Shown here piece by piece: positions 9,018 to 19,387 of a stretch of 64,000 nucleotides of DNA. Every line of letters begins with the position of its first letter. Position 1 is the stretch's first letter. A model generated the notes under the pieces. It searched no databases. It was given only the letters and a program-made list of their open reading frames with translations, and had not been told where the DNA came from. The position numbers were made by a program, and so were the translations under genes. Source of the stretch: Deltaproteobacteria bacterium (GTDB taxonomy: Bacteria > Desulfobacterota > GWC2-55-46); NCBI GenBank assembly GCA_038043525.1, contig JBBTBW010000006.1, forward strand, positions 424 to 64,423, written 5' to 3'.

Positions 9018-10991
9018 ATGAGACATATCTCTCAGGTTTCAATCTCCGGCGAGACGCCGGATAGCACGACCGCCGGTGTTTCCGGCATCAACCATCCGCA
9101 CCTCTTGACAGAACATCCTGAACATACCGGCTCCCTCGAAAAAATAATAGATGCCATCCCGGCCCCGGTCTTTTTCACAGAGGCCGGCCAAGGCAATGTC
9201 TTCGTTAACAGGGCCTTCAAAGAGGCCTTCGGCTCATCAGTCTCCATGGTCATTGATGAGATCACTGCCTGCGTCCCTTCAGCCGGGCCTGGGTCTGATA
9301 AGGCTCCCGGCGCGGCAGGCGGCAAATCGCGGGAGTTCAGTTTCAGGCACAGCGACGGCACTATTCATTATCTGAGTTTCAATATTTCATCTTACTGCCT
9401 GCCGGACGCAGCGGAAGCCGGGGTGCTAGGCGTTATAAACGACATGACCGCCTACAGGCAGATGGAGGCGGAGCTTCGAGATTCACAGGAGAGGTACAAG
9501 ACTCTCTTTGAAGAATCGAGTGACGGTTTTTTTCAGGCATCTGCCGACGGGACAATAAGCGGCGCAAGTCCTGCTGTAGTGTCTCTTCTAGGCTACGCCT
9601 CGGAGGATGAACTTAGAGGCGTGAACTGCGCTGACATCTGCGCTGAGACTTCAGACAGGAAGCGGTTCAGGGCCGAGCTGGCTGATAAGCGCCAGGTAAA
9701 AGACTTTGACGCCGTTGTCACGAAGAAAGACGGCTCAACCATGATACTCAGTATAAACGCCAGGGCTATCGAGGGAAAAGACAGAGAGGTCTCAGCCGTC
9801 AGAGGGGTTATGCGCGACATAACCAGGCACAAACAGGTCGAAGAGCAGCTCCTCCACTCGCAGAAGATGGAGGCCATCGGAAAGCTTACCGGCGGGATAG
9901 CTCATGACTTCAACAACATGATCATGGCAATAACCGGATACGCGACGCTTGTCAGGTCAAGGCTTCCCGAGGGTGAGCAGACAAAACACTATATCGAACA
10001 GTTGATGGACGTAGCTGACAGGGCCTCTAACCTGACAAGAAGGCTCCTCGCCTTCGGCAGGAAGCAGGGTGTCTCATTAAGGCCGGTAAGCCTCAACGAG
10101 ATAGTCCAGCGGGCAGGCCACCTCATATCAAGGTTGATCGGCGAGCGCATAGAGTTCGTCACAAGGCTTGGCACCCAGAACTTTACTGTTATGGCGGATA
10201 GCGGACAGATGGAGCAGTTGTTGCTAAACCTTGCCATGAACGGGCGAGACGCAATGGCTGGCAGCGGAACGCTTACTATTACGACATCTGAGCAGACCAT
10301 AGACGCAGGGTTTATTGAGGCCAACGGGTACGGCCTGGCAGGCGCTTACGCGTGCCTCTCGGTGAAGGATACCGGTGCAGGCATAGACAGCGATACGCTA
10401 AAGAGGATCTTCGACCCGTTTTTCACGACCAAGGATGTAGGCAAGGGGACAGGCCTCGGCCTTTCCATTGTCTACGGCATAGTGAAGCAGCACTCGGGTT
10501 TTATCACCGTTGACAGCGTCTTGAACGAAGGGACCGAGTTCAGGATACTCCTGCCGACAGTTCAGGCGCGCCCCAGGAAGCTTACAACACAGCTTTCGAT
10601 GGTGCCTTTTACGGTTTCGGGCAAGGAGACGGTGCTACTTACAGAGGACGACCCTGGTGTGAGGGAGATAGCAAGGGCGCTTCTGGAGGAGTCAGGGTAC
10701 AAGGTTATAGAGGCTGTCGACGGGGAAGACGCGGTCGCAAAATTCAACGAGAATAGAGATGATATCAGCCTGCTTCTTTTTGACGTGATGATGCCGAGAA
10801 AGAACGGCAAAGAGGCCTACGACGAGATCAAAAAGACCGCCCCGTGGATAAAGGTCCTTTTCTTCAGCGGCTACAGCGAGGATGTTATCTCCACGGAAGG
10901 TTTCTTCGATCCGGGAGCCAACTTTATCTCTAAACCTGTCCCTCCGCACCTCCTGCTTAAAAGAGTGCGGATGATCCTTGACGGGTTTTGA
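9018..10991 (+). CDS. PAS-domain hybrid sensor histidine kinase (HisKA + HATPase_c + C-terminal receiver)
   Basis: H-box [23 protein letters not shown]-box DTGAGI...GTGLGLS. C-terminal receiver [15 protein letters not shown]. No cognate response regulator is adjacent. Confidence 0.85.
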   Translation: MRHISQVSISGETPDSTTAGVSGINHPHLLTEHPEHTGSLEKIIDAIPAPVFFTEAGQGNVFVNRAFKEAFGSSVSMVIDEITACVPSAGPGSDKAPGAAGGKSREFSFRHSDGTIHYLSFNISSYCLPDAAEAGVLGVINDMTAYRQMEAELRDSQERYKTLFEESSDGFFQASADGTISGASPAVVSLLGYASEDELRGVNCADICAETSDRKRFRAELADKRQVKDFDAVVTKKDGSTMILSINARAIEGKDREVSAVRGVMRDITRHKQVEEQLLHSQKMEAIGKLTGGIAHDFNNMIMAITGYATLVRSRLPEGEQTKHYIEQLMDVADRASNLTRRLLAFGRKQGVSLRPVSLNEIVQRAGHLISRLIGERIEFVTRLGTQNFTVMADSGQMEQLLLNLAMNGRDAMAGSGTLTITTSEQTIDAGFIEANGYGLAGAYACLSVKDTGAGIDSDTLKRIFDPFFTTKDVGKGTGLGLSIVYGIVKQHSGFITVDSVLNEGTEFRILLPTVQARPRKLTTQLSMVPFTVSGKETVLLTEDDPGVREIARALLEESGYKVIEAVDGEDAVAKFNENRDDISLLLFDVMMPRKNGKEAYDEIKKTAPWIKVLFFSGYSEDVISTEGFFDPGANFISKPVPPHLLLKRVRMILDGF

Positions 10992-11080
10992 CCATGCGGA
11001 AATAGCGTCTGATTTTTTTGGCGTGAAATTGAAGGGTTCAGGTTTCAAACCTGAACCCGCAACAAAGAAACACCGCTTAC

Positions 11081-11527
11081 GACTAACCCCTCCCAGCCTC
11101 CCCTTATAGTAATGGGAGGAGTAAAGACAAAGCTCCAGCCATTGGATTCAGCCATTGCCTTAAAACAAAACCCGGGTCATGGCGTAGTGAGCCTGACTGA
11201 GAGACGATGAGCATGCGGCGGGTGTGACCCGCCCTACCGTCGAGCTCGAAAGCGAACCGAGCCATACCCCAAAAGGCGCACTGAAGTGCAAAGCTAAAAT
11301 CAGAGAGAGATTTTTTTATCTGGGCCGCTGCTCCCGCAACAAGTAGTTGTCTCGGAGTTTCATCTGCCTTTGCCTCTAAACAAAACCCGGGTATGGTGGA
11401 ATGAGCCTAAAGGAGGGCCGCTTAGCAGGTCTTTGTATCTACTGCAAAACGGCCCGACAGCGAAGGGAGCCATACCCAAAAAGATGCACCGAAGTGCAAA
11501 GCTAAAATCAGACCGATATTTTTTATA
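11081..11527. repeat. two adjacent copies of a composite MITE-like intergenic repeat (module S ctaacccctcccagcctccccttatagtaatgggaggag, then module M ...aaacaaaacccgggtcatggcg...catacccaaaaggcgcacNGAAgtgcaaagctaaaatcaga...TTTTT)
   Basis: Copy 1 at 11081-11320 and copy 2 at 11374-11527 align with each other and with copies at 12930-13160, 13395-13550, 31640-31935, 54905-55075 and 56235-56395 in both orientations. Confidence 0.75.
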
Positions 11528-11792
11528 CGGGCTGTTCGAGCCATACGGTTAGCGGGTTCAAGTTTGTAACTTGAACCCATGAAGCGCTTAAGGCACATAC
11601 GAAATCTATAGAGCAGGTTGCAAACCTGAACCCGCAACAGAAGGAAGGCCGTGTGGCAACTCTGTGAAATATTGTTTTTACAGCTATATTTTATGAATGA
11701 AGACCGCCTGCCACCCCCATCCTTGACAGGATGAGGATAAATCCCTATAATATTAGCAGTCTGAAGTAGAGAGTGCTAACGATGGAGGTCGC

Positions 11793-12611
11793 TTGAGCGT
11801 GTCTCTTCCTGTAATAACCGATTCCCTGAATAACTATCTTATCGAGATAAATCGCTACCCGGTGCTTACAAAGGCCGAGGAACTGGTCGTGGCCGAGCGT
11901 TATTATGAGACGCGCTCTATAGAAGACGCGCATACGCTTGTCATATCAAACCTGAGATATGTTGTTAAGATCGCGCTCGAGTATCGCAGTTACGGGTGCA
12001 GGCTTGCCGATCTTATTCAGGAAGGCAATATCGGTTTGATGATGGCGGTTAAGAAGTTCAATCCGTTCAAGGGATTCCGTCTTATCACATACGCGACATG
12101 GTGGATAAAGTCAGTCATGCAGGAGTTCATCTTAAAGACTCGCGGGATAGTCAAGCGCGAGGCCAAGTCGATGAAAAAGAGGCTCTTTTACAGGAACGGG
12201 GCCGAGGCCGGCGTATCAAACGACCCTGCCAATGCCGGTGTAGACTTGATAGATGCGTCAAACGATCTCTCGCTTGATGTCTCAATAGCCCAGCAGGCAG
12301 GCAACTCCGTTACTCATCTTGATCTATTGAGAGATGATCGCCAGGCTATTGAGGATGCGGCGGCAGACAGGCAGAGCCGCTCTATTATCACAAGAGAGGT
12401 CTCAGGCGCCCTGGGGCTTCTGAGTGAAAAAGAACGCTACGTTATACAGAACAGGGTGATGGCTGAGGAGCCGAGCTCGCTGCAGGAGATAGGAGCAAGC
12501 CTCGGGCTTACGAGGGAGCGGATCAGGCAGATAGAGACTGCGGCCCTTAAAAAGCTCCAGAGGGCGCTTACGGGCCGTATTGAACCATGCATCGATGCAG
12601 TGCCTGCGTAG
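11793..12611 (+). CDS. rpoH: RNA polymerase sigma-32 factor
   Basis: LIQEGNIGLMMAVKKFNPFKGFRLITYATWWIKSVMQEFILKTRGIVK...KKRLFYRN aligns almost residue-for-residue with E. coli RpoH, including the RpoH-box region (QRKLFFNLR). Confidence 0.85.
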   Translation: MSVSLPVITDSLNNYLIEINRYPVLTKAEELVVAERYYETRSIEDAHTLVISNLRYVVKIALEYRSYGCRLADLIQEGNIGLMMAVKKFNPFKGFRLITYATWWIKSVMQEFILKTRGIVKREAKSMKKRLFYRNGAEAGVSNDPANAGVDLIDASNDLSLDVSIAQQAGNSVTHLDLLRDDRQAIEDAAADRQSRSIITREVSGALGLLSEKERYVIQNRVMAEEPSSLQEIGASLGLTRERIRQIETAALKKLQRALTGRIEPCIDAVPA

Positions 12612-12728
12612 CTTGACAGCCTGTTTTTATCAAAAAATCGTATTGCTACGGCGTCGTGATGAATGTCTCTCGGAATCACCTGTTTGAGATCATGGATTAA
12701 CCGGTAAAAAATATAGCGCAATAAAAAA

Positions 12729-12768
12729 GAGGCCTGAACGGCGCACCGTTCAGGCCTCTTTGATTTTA
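12729..12768 (+). terminator. intrinsic terminator downstream of rpoH
   Basis: Perfect 13-bp stem gaggcctgaacgg / ccgttcaggcctc with loop cgca, followed by TTTGATTTT. Confidence 0.6.
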
Positions 12769-12769
12769 A

Positions 12770-13680
12770 AGAGGTGGGTTTGTTTTAAGGCAAGGGCTGT
12801 ATTCATAGCAGAGAAGTCATGTCTTTACTCCTCACCTTACTGTAAGGGGAGGCTGGGAGGGGTTAGTCGCAAGTGGAATTTCTTTGCGCACCAACTTGCG
12901 CTTCCGGGCATGGCTCGAACGGCCCATTTAAAAAATATCGGTCTGACTCCTGCTTTGCACTTCCGTGCGTCTTTTGGGTGCATTTTTTTAACGGTAAGAC
13001 AAGACAACGCCTCTTTGCAAAAAATATCTCTCTGATTTTAGCTTTGCACTTCCGTGCTCGTTTTGGGTATGGCTCCCTTCGCTGTCGGGCCGTTTTGCAG
13101 TAGATACAAAGACCTGCTAAGCGGCCCTCCTTTAGGCTCATTCCACCATACCCGGGTTTGTTTTAAGGCACGAGAAGATGCAACTCTGAGACAACTGCTC
13201 CTGCGCTCATGTGACATAGGCGAGCGTCATGTCTTTACTCCTCACCTTACTGTAAGGGGAGGCTGGGAGGGGCTAGTCGCAAGCGGTGTTTCTTTTGCGT
13301 GCTGGAGTGTGCTTTTGGGTATGGCTCGCAACGCTAGCGAGCCTCGCGGTAGGGCAGGTCACACCCGCCGTATGATCTGCAGGACCAGGCAACGCCCCTT
13401 TACAAAAACATCTGTCTGATTTTAGCTTTGCACTTCCGTGCGACTTTTGGGTATGGCTCGCTTCGCTTTCGAGCCGACTCACAGATGATACAAGAGCCTG
13501 CTCATCGTCTCTCAGTCAGGCTCGCTACGCCATGACCCGGGTTGTTTTAAGGCACAGACTGGATTCAAAGGATGAGAGCCTTGTTGCGGGAGCAGGGTTG
13601 CAACCTGCTCCATGGATTTCACAGGTACCTTATACGAATCATGGGGTTCAAGTTATAAACTTGAACCCGCAAGGAATAAT
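12770..13680. repeat. array of MITE-like repeat modules (two tandem ~380-400-bp composite units plus palindromic hairpin elements)
   Basis: ...gtcatgtctttactcctcaccttactgtaaggggaggctgggagggg[tc]tagtcgcaag... occurs at 12822-12880 and 13228-13285. M-module copies at 12930-13000 (short), 13015-13160 and 13395-13550. Hairpins ggagcagggttgcaacctgctcc (13590) and gggttcaagttataaacttgaaccc (13643). Confidence 0.75.
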
Positions 13681-13705
13681 TTCAAAAAGGCAGGCGAACT
13701 GACTG

Positions 13706-14455
13706 CTACCTCTTCGAGAGGCCGTATCCTCCGCTATAGTAGCGGTATAATACCTTTAACGCCCTTAGCGGCATCGAGAACGGGTCTCTGAGCATACTGA
13801 CCGCGCTCGCCCCGCTTGAATAGACGAGCGTTACAGGTATCTCCTTTATCTGAAGTCCGGCCTTTCTGGCAAGATAGAGTATCTCAATATCAAAGCTGAA
13901 GTCCCTGGCGGTCTGTCTGGAAAAGAGCGTCTGCGCGGCATTCCTTGTAAACCCCTTGAACCCGATCTGAGTATCAGTTATCCCTTTTACAAGGATGAGC
14001 CTTATGAGAAGGTTGAAGGTCCTGCTCAGAAGATGACGTATGAATATGTAGCGAAGGTCCCGGCAGTGGAGTATGAAGATAGATTCTTTGTGGACCCTTG
14101 AGCCGATGGCTATATCCGAGCCTGCCTCAAGCCGATCTAAAAGCCCGTCGACCTGCTCGATCGGATAGGCAAGGTCCGCGTCGCAAAATACGACGAACTC
14201 GCCTTTTGCCGAGAGCATCCCGCGTTTGACCGAGTAGCCCTTGCCTATGTTCTTTTCGTTTGTTATGACCCTGACCCTGGCGTCTTGAATCGACGCGAGA
14301 GCTTTGCCTGTGTCATCGCTCGACCCGTCGTTTACAAGAATGACCTCTGAGGAGAAGTTTTTCTTGTCCAGGTAGGCCAAGACCCTGGCGGCATTAGCGG
14401 AGATCTCAGCGCCTCCGTTATATACGGGGATCACTATGGAAAGGTATGGGGTCAT
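13706..14455 (-). CDS. family 2 glycosyltransferase (polyprenyl-phosphate sugar synthase-like)
   Basis: SIVIPVYNGG...ILVNDGSSDDT...FCDADL (DxD) motifs. 249 aa. Confidence 0.8.
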   Translation of the reverse strand: MTPYLSIVIPVYNGGAEISANAARVLAYLDKKNFSSEVILVNDGSSDDTGKALASIQDARVRVITNEKNIGKGYSVKRGMLSAKGEFVVFCDADLAYPIEQVDGLLDRLEAGSDIAIGSRVHKESIFILHCRDLRYIFIRHLLSRTFNLLIRLILVKGITDTQIGFKGFTRNAAQTLFSRQTARDFSFDIEILYLARKAGLQIKEIPVTLVYSSGASAVSMLRDPFSMPLRALKVLYRYYSGGYGLSKR

Positions 14456-14780
14456 CTGTCGTGTATAATGAATGGAAGGGTCGATTGGTAGAAGTATGTA
14501 GGCAGATGGCTGTCTCGCAAAGACGTTTTCGAGCCTGATTCAACTGTCAAGATACGCCCCTTTGGGCGGCGACGTTATGATAGTCAGTACCAGGCCGCCC
14601 ATTTTTTAAGATATTATAGATGCAGGCGGTGTGTCAAGGTGCAAAAGGCAGGTCCGGAGGCAACCGTTATGGCCGCCGCGGTCAGGGAGCAGACAGAGTT
14701 TTCCCTTTACAGTACCTGCTTAAAATGTTATCAAACTATTGTAAAATATGCTTTTTTCGCTTGGACCAAGGAGATTTTAA

Positions 14781-15896
14781 TTGGAGAGAAGGCCGACTGC
14801 CGCCTTCATAGACACCGGGGCTCTCAGGCATAATTATTCCATCTTGAGAGAGCGGATGGCAGGGGGCGTCAGAATAATGGCCGTTGTAAAGGCCAACGCC
14901 TACGGCCACGGTGACGTAGAGGTCGCAAGGGTCCTTGAAGGGATTGGTTGCCGCCACTTCGGGGTAGCCATACTCGAAGAAGGGGCAAGGCTCAGGCGCT
15001 CCGGCATAAAAGGCTCGATCGTTATCCTCGGAGGCATATATCCAGGGCAGGTCCCGGACATATTCAGTCTCGACCTTACGCCTGTAGTCTTTGATATTGA
15101 GAGCGCGCGCGTGATAAACGCGGCCGCCGCTTCTTTAGGGACGATCAGGAAGGTCCACGTAAAGATAGACACCGGCATGGGCAGGCTCGGAGTGGCTGTT
15201 GCCGAGGCCCGCTTGTTTTTCGAGGAGATAAGCAGGCTTAGGCATATCCATGTCGAAGGGGTGCTCTCGCACTTCGCCGAATCCGAGTCTGAAGACAGGA
15301 GTTTTACGCAAAGACAGCTCAAAGAGTTCAGCGGCGTTGTCGAGACGATAAAGGGGATGGGCTTTTCACCCGAGATCATTGATATAGCCAACAGCGCGGC
15401 CGCGCTCGATCACCCTGTCTCCCACCTCGGCATGGTAAGACCCGGGCTTATGCTCTACGGCTCGTACCCGTCACCGAGGCTCAGGGAGGCGATAGACCTC
15501 AAGCCTGTTATGGAGTTAAAGACGCGTATAATGTATCTGAAACGCGTGGGCGCAGGCTATCCGGTAAGCTACGGCAGGACCTTCGTAACGAACAGAGAGT
15601 CTGTCATAGCGACACTTCCAATAGGCTACGCCGACGGCCTTCCCAGGCGTCTGTCAGGTTCTGGCGAGGTGCTTGTCGGGGGCGTTCGAGCGCCTCTGGC
15701 AGGCAGGGTCTGCATGGATCTTGTCATGTGCGACGTGACCGACGTTCCCGGGGTAAAGACAGGCGATGAGGCCGTTATCATAGGGGCGCAGGGCCGCGAG
15801 AGGATAACTGTAGAAAATATCGCCCAGAAGGCCGGGACGATAAGCTACGAGGTCTTGTGCAACATCTCAAGCCGTGTGCCGAGGATCTATATATGA
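14781..15896 (+). CDS. alr: alanine racemase
   Basis: PLP-lysine motif AVVKANAYGHG. 371 aa. TTG start with AAGGAG RBS 7 nt upstream. Confidence 0.9.
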   Translation: MERRPTAAFIDTGALRHNYSILRERMAGGVRIMAVVKANAYGHGDVEVARVLEGIGCRHFGVAILEEGARLRRSGIKGSIVILGGIYPGQVPDIFSLDLTPVVFDIESARVINAAAASLGTIRKVHVKIDTGMGRLGVAVAEARLFFEEISRLRHIHVEGVLSHFAESESEDRSFTQRQLKEFSGVVETIKGMGFSPEIIDIANSAAALDHPVSHLGMVRPGLMLYGSYPSPRLREAIDLKPVMELKTRIMYLKRVGAGYPVSYGRTFVTNRESVIATLPIGYADGLPRRLSGSGEVLVGGVRAPLAGRVCMDLVMCDVTDVPGVKTGDEAVIIGAQGRERITVENIAQKAGTISYEVLCNISSRVPRIYI

Positions 15897-15927
15897 AGTC
15901 TCTTCTAAAAGGAAGGCGTCTTAACGG

Positions 15928-16698
15928 ATGAAGGCCTATCTTGAAAGGCTCGGCAGATCAGCCGAAGATTTCATAAACACGACCGGCAGGATGGGCATAA
16001 TGCTCTTCCAGGCCGTCATGTATGCCTTTATCCCGCCTGTCAAGTTCAAGAACATATTCAAACAGATGGAGTTCGTGGGCGTCCAGAGCCTCTTTGTCGT
16101 TGTCCTGACCGGTTCTTTCACCGGGATGGTCCTTGCCCTTCAGTCCTATAACGCGCTTAAGAGGTTCGGGGCTGAGAGCCTCGTAGGCCCTACGGTCGCT
16201 CTCAGCATGGCCAGAGAGCTAGGCCCGGTCCTTACAGGGCTTATGGTGACAGGCAGAGCCGGGTCCGCGATGGCGACAGAACTAGGCACGATGCGTGTTA
16301 CCGAGCAGATAGACGCCCTCTTCACCATGGCGGTAAACCCGGTGAAACATCTCGTAGTGCCGAGGGTCCTTGCCGGGGTGCTGATGTTCCCGATACTTGC
16401 GGTCATAACAAACTTCGTAGGTGTCGTAGGCGGCTACATGGTAGGGGTGAAGCTCCTCGGGATAAACTCTGGGGTCTATATAGGCAGGACCGTGGACTTC
16501 GTGCAGGTAGACGACATAATGACAGGGCTTATCAAGTCCGTTGTATTCGGCCTGATAACGACGCTTGTCGCTTGCTATCACGGATTTTATGCGTCAGGCG
16601 GCGCCGAGGGCGTGGGCAAGGCCGCTACGAGTTCAGTCGTCCTTGCCAGCGTTATGATACTGGTTTCCGACTACCTGATGTCTTCTTTCATGATCTGA
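15928..16698 (+). CDS. mlaE: phospholipid ABC transporter permease MlaE
   Basis: 256-aa multi-TM permease of the MlaE/YrbE family, followed by mlaF and mlaD. Confidence 0.85.
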   Translation: MKAYLERLGRSAEDFINTTGRMGIMLFQAVMYAFIPPVKFKNIFKQMEFVGVQSLFVVVLTGSFTGMVLALQSYNALKRFGAESLVGPTVALSMARELGPVLTGLMVTGRAGSAMATELGTMRVTEQIDALFTMAVNPVKHLVVPRVLAGVLMFPILAVITNFVGVVGGYMVGVKLLGINSGVYIGRTVDFVQVDDIMTGLIKSVVFGLITTLVACYHGFYASGGAEGVGKAATSSVVLASVMILVSDYLMSSFMI

Positions 16699-16735
16699 CC
16701 GTCGATCGTGTGAATCTTGATAATTACCGGAAGAT

Positions 16736-17482
16736 ATGATAAAAATTATTAACTTACGCAAGTCCTTCGGCGATAAGAAGGTCCTTGACGGTGTCGACCT
16801 TGAGATCGAGAAAGGCAAGATCACCGTCATAATCGGCAGGAGCGGCGAAGGTAAAAGCGTCCTTATAAAGCACATCATCGGGCTGTTGAAGCCTGATTCC
16901 GGCCAGATACTCCTCGACGACCAGGACATAACCGCCATGAGCGAGAGGGACTTCCACGAGGTCTTGAAAAGGTTCGGCATGCTCTTTCAGGGGGCCGCGC
17001 TTTTCGATTCGATGACCGTCAGCGAGAACGTCGGTTTCGCGCTCAAGGAGCACACCGACATGAACGACGAGGATATACTGAAGGTTGTCTCGGAAAAGCT
17101 CCGAAGGGTCGGCCTGGTAAACGTAGAGAACATGATGCCGTCAGATCTCAGCGGAGGCATGAAAAAAAGGGTCGGTCTTGCCCGCGCGATAGTCATGGAC
17201 CCGGAGATAGTCCTTTTCGATGAGCCGACGACAGGGCTTGACCCGATCATGAGCGATTCAGTTGCCGACCTTGTCCTTGAGACGCAAAGGGCGCTTAAGA
17301 CCACATACATACTTATTACGCATGACATCCCGTTTTCATATAAGATAGCGGATAAGATCGCGATGCTCCACGAGGGCAGGATCATAGAACAGGGAACGGT
17401 CGAAGAGCTAAAGGCAAGCGTCAACCCGATAATCAGGCAGTTTCTCGAAGGCAGGGCCCAGGGGCCTATACGCGTCTATTGA
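16736..17482 (+). CDS. mlaF: ABC transporter ATP-binding protein MlaF
   Basis: Walker A GRSGEGKS, ABC signature LSGGMKKRVGLARA, Walker B IVLFDEPTTGLD. Confidence 0.85.
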   Translation: MIKIINLRKSFGDKKVLDGVDLEIEKGKITVIIGRSGEGKSVLIKHIIGLLKPDSGQILLDDQDITAMSERDFHEVLKRFGMLFQGAALFDSMTVSENVGFALKEHTDMNDEDILKVVSEKLRRVGLVNVENMMPSDLSGGMKKRVGLARAIVMDPEIVLFDEPTTGLDPIMSDSVADLVLETQRALKTTYILITHDIPFSYKIADKIAMLHEGRIIEQGTVEELKASVNPIIRQFLEGRAQGPIRVY

Positions 17483-17590
17483 AGGCCCGGCAGTTTGCGC
17501 GAAAATGGGTGCCGGATGCCTCAGGTATCCGGGTGAAAAATCTCAGACAGGACAGGGCGCAAAAAAGCGCCACTACAGGGCAATAATCCA

Positions 17591-19147
17591 ATGTCATTAC
17601 CATCACTAATGAAGATGAGCGCCGAGGCCAAGGTTGGGCTTTTTGTCCTCCTCGGCATAGCGCTGCTCGTTTACATGTCCCTCAAGGTCGGGGGGTTCCA
17701 GTTCGGCGGGGCCGAGGGCTACCGTCTTTATGTCTCATTTGATTCGGCCGCCGGGCTGGACCAGAACTCTTCCGTGCGCGTGGCGGGCGTCGAGATCGGC
17801 CGCGTCAAGGAGATACTCCTTAAAGACAACAAGGCACAGCTCGTCCTTGAGATAAAGGAGGGCATAAAGGTCGGCAGGGACTTTACAGCACTACTCACCA
17901 CGAAGGGGCTGCTCGGCGAGAAGTACCTCGAACTTATACCCGGGGCCCCGGGCGCGCCTGCGCTTAAAGACGGAGACGAGATAACCAATACGACTTCTTA
18001 TGCCGATATGGACAAGCTCATAACCGTCCTTACGGACGTCTCCGTCGACATAAAGGAAGTGACAGGGTCTTTAAGCAGCGTTATAGGCGGCAAGGATGGC
18101 GAGGCGACGCTTCGTAACATCATAAACAACATCGAGGAGCTTTCTTTCAGGGTAAACTCGCTTGTCGCCAAGAACGACGAGAAGCTCGGCAATGTCCTTA
18201 CGAACCTCGACGAGTTCAGCGCGCTCCTTAAAAATGACGGCCCTGCCATAAGCTCTGACATAAGGGCCGCGATAAAGAACATAAACGATTCTCTCGTCAA
18301 GACCTCGGAGAACCTCAATCTGCTGGTGCAGGAGAACAGGGGCAACCTGAAAGAAGGCGTGGACAACCTCAAGGTCGCCTCCCTGAGCCTCAATCAGGCG
18401 ATGGAAAACCTCAACAAGGTCACCAAGGACGTAGGTCCGGGCCTTACAGAGACCGTCGGGTCGTTAAGTAGCATTACAAGGAAGATAGACAAGGGCGAGG
18501 GCACGCTCGGCAGGCTCATAAACGACCCTATCATGCATGAAAATATAAATAAGACCGTCACCGGCATCAACAACTACCTTACAAAGGCCGAGTCCTTCCG
18601 CATGTACCTGGGCTACAGGTCGGAGTACCTCTTTGACGCGAGCGACGCAAAGGGATACTTCTCCTTAAAGATACAGCCGAAGGCCGATAAGTACTACCTC
18701 TTTGAGATAGTCGACGACCCGAGAGGCAAGAGGAAGAAGGAGACGCGCGAGATAACGACCGGCGGCACTACGACTACACAGACCGAGACGAAGGTCTCGG
18801 ACGCGATAAAGTTCTCGGCCCAGATAGCCAAGAGGTTCAAGAACCTCGTAGTAAGAGGCGGCATAATAGAGTCTACCGGCGGGGCAGGGGTCGATTACTA
18901 TCTGTTTAAAGACAGGTTCAAGCTCTCAGGCGAGGCCTTTGATCTTAACAAGAAGGGCAAGGCGCACCTGAAGGCCTACGCCACCTATTATATAAACAAG
19001 TTCTTCCACCTGAACGCCGGCATAGACGACTTCGTTGACAAGGAGTTCAGGTCAGGATTCGTAGGCGTAGGGCTCCAGTTCGAGGATGATGATCTTAAGT
19101 ATCTTCTTTCAAGCGGCGTCGGCGCGGTTACTTCTGCTGTGAAGTAG
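17591..19147 (+). CDS. mlaD: MCE-family protein MlaD (long form)
   Basis: N-terminal TM segment plus MCE domain (VRVAGVEIGRVKEI). Extended coiled-coil C-terminus. 518 aa. Confidence 0.8.
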   Translation: MSLPSLMKMSAEAKVGLFVLLGIALLVYMSLKVGGFQFGGAEGYRLYVSFDSAAGLDQNSSVRVAGVEIGRVKEILLKDNKAQLVLEIKEGIKVGRDFTALLTTKGLLGEKYLELIPGAPGAPALKDGDEITNTTSYADMDKLITVLTDVSVDIKEVTGSLSSVIGGKDGEATLRNIINNIEELSFRVNSLVAKNDEKLGNVLTNLDEFSALLKNDGPAISSDIRAAIKNINDSLVKTSENLNLLVQENRGNLKEGVDNLKVASLSLNQAMENLNKVTKDVGPGLTETVGSLSSITRKIDKGEGTLGRLINDPIMHENINKTVTGINNYLTKAESFRMYLGYRSEYLFDASDAKGYFSLKIQPKADKYYLFEIVDDPRGKRKKETREITTGGTTTTQTETKVSDAIKFSAQIAKRFKNLVVRGGIIESTGGAGVDYYLFKDRFKLSGEAFDLNKKGKAHLKAYATYYINKFFHLNAGIDDFVDKEFRSGFVGVGLQFEDDDLKYLLSSGVGAVTSAVK

Positions 19148-19387
19148 TGATACGCTCAGAGCGCGGGACGGATGCGATGCAGGAGGCCCCTTTTGCCTGT
19201 TCGGTTTTATACGGTTGGCAGGTTCGGAAGTTACTCTCCGGGATAGATCTTAAGTCTTGTGGCGGCCGCAGTCCATTCGGCTGATAGCTGTCATCAGTTA
19301 AAAGCAGTGCGGTAAGTACGGTCGGCCGCGCGTTTCCGAGTGTTGCAGGGTTTGCAGATGATGAGATGTTGTCAAGGTCGATGAGGC

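Noticed and set aside
11560-13670. tRNA genes suggested by gggttcaagtt...gaaccc (T-arm-like GTTC...GAACC)
   Set aside because: These are self-complementary palindromes with no acceptor or anticodon arms and no CCA context. The only genuine T-arm (GGTTCGATTCC) in the window is at the tmRNA 3' end.
11000-13700. Possible CRISPR array, because of the many short repeated hairpins
   Set aside because: Repeat spacing and unit length are irregular. The repeats occur in both orientations and at other loci, and there are no cas genes. They are MITE/REP-like elements, not CRISPR repeats.
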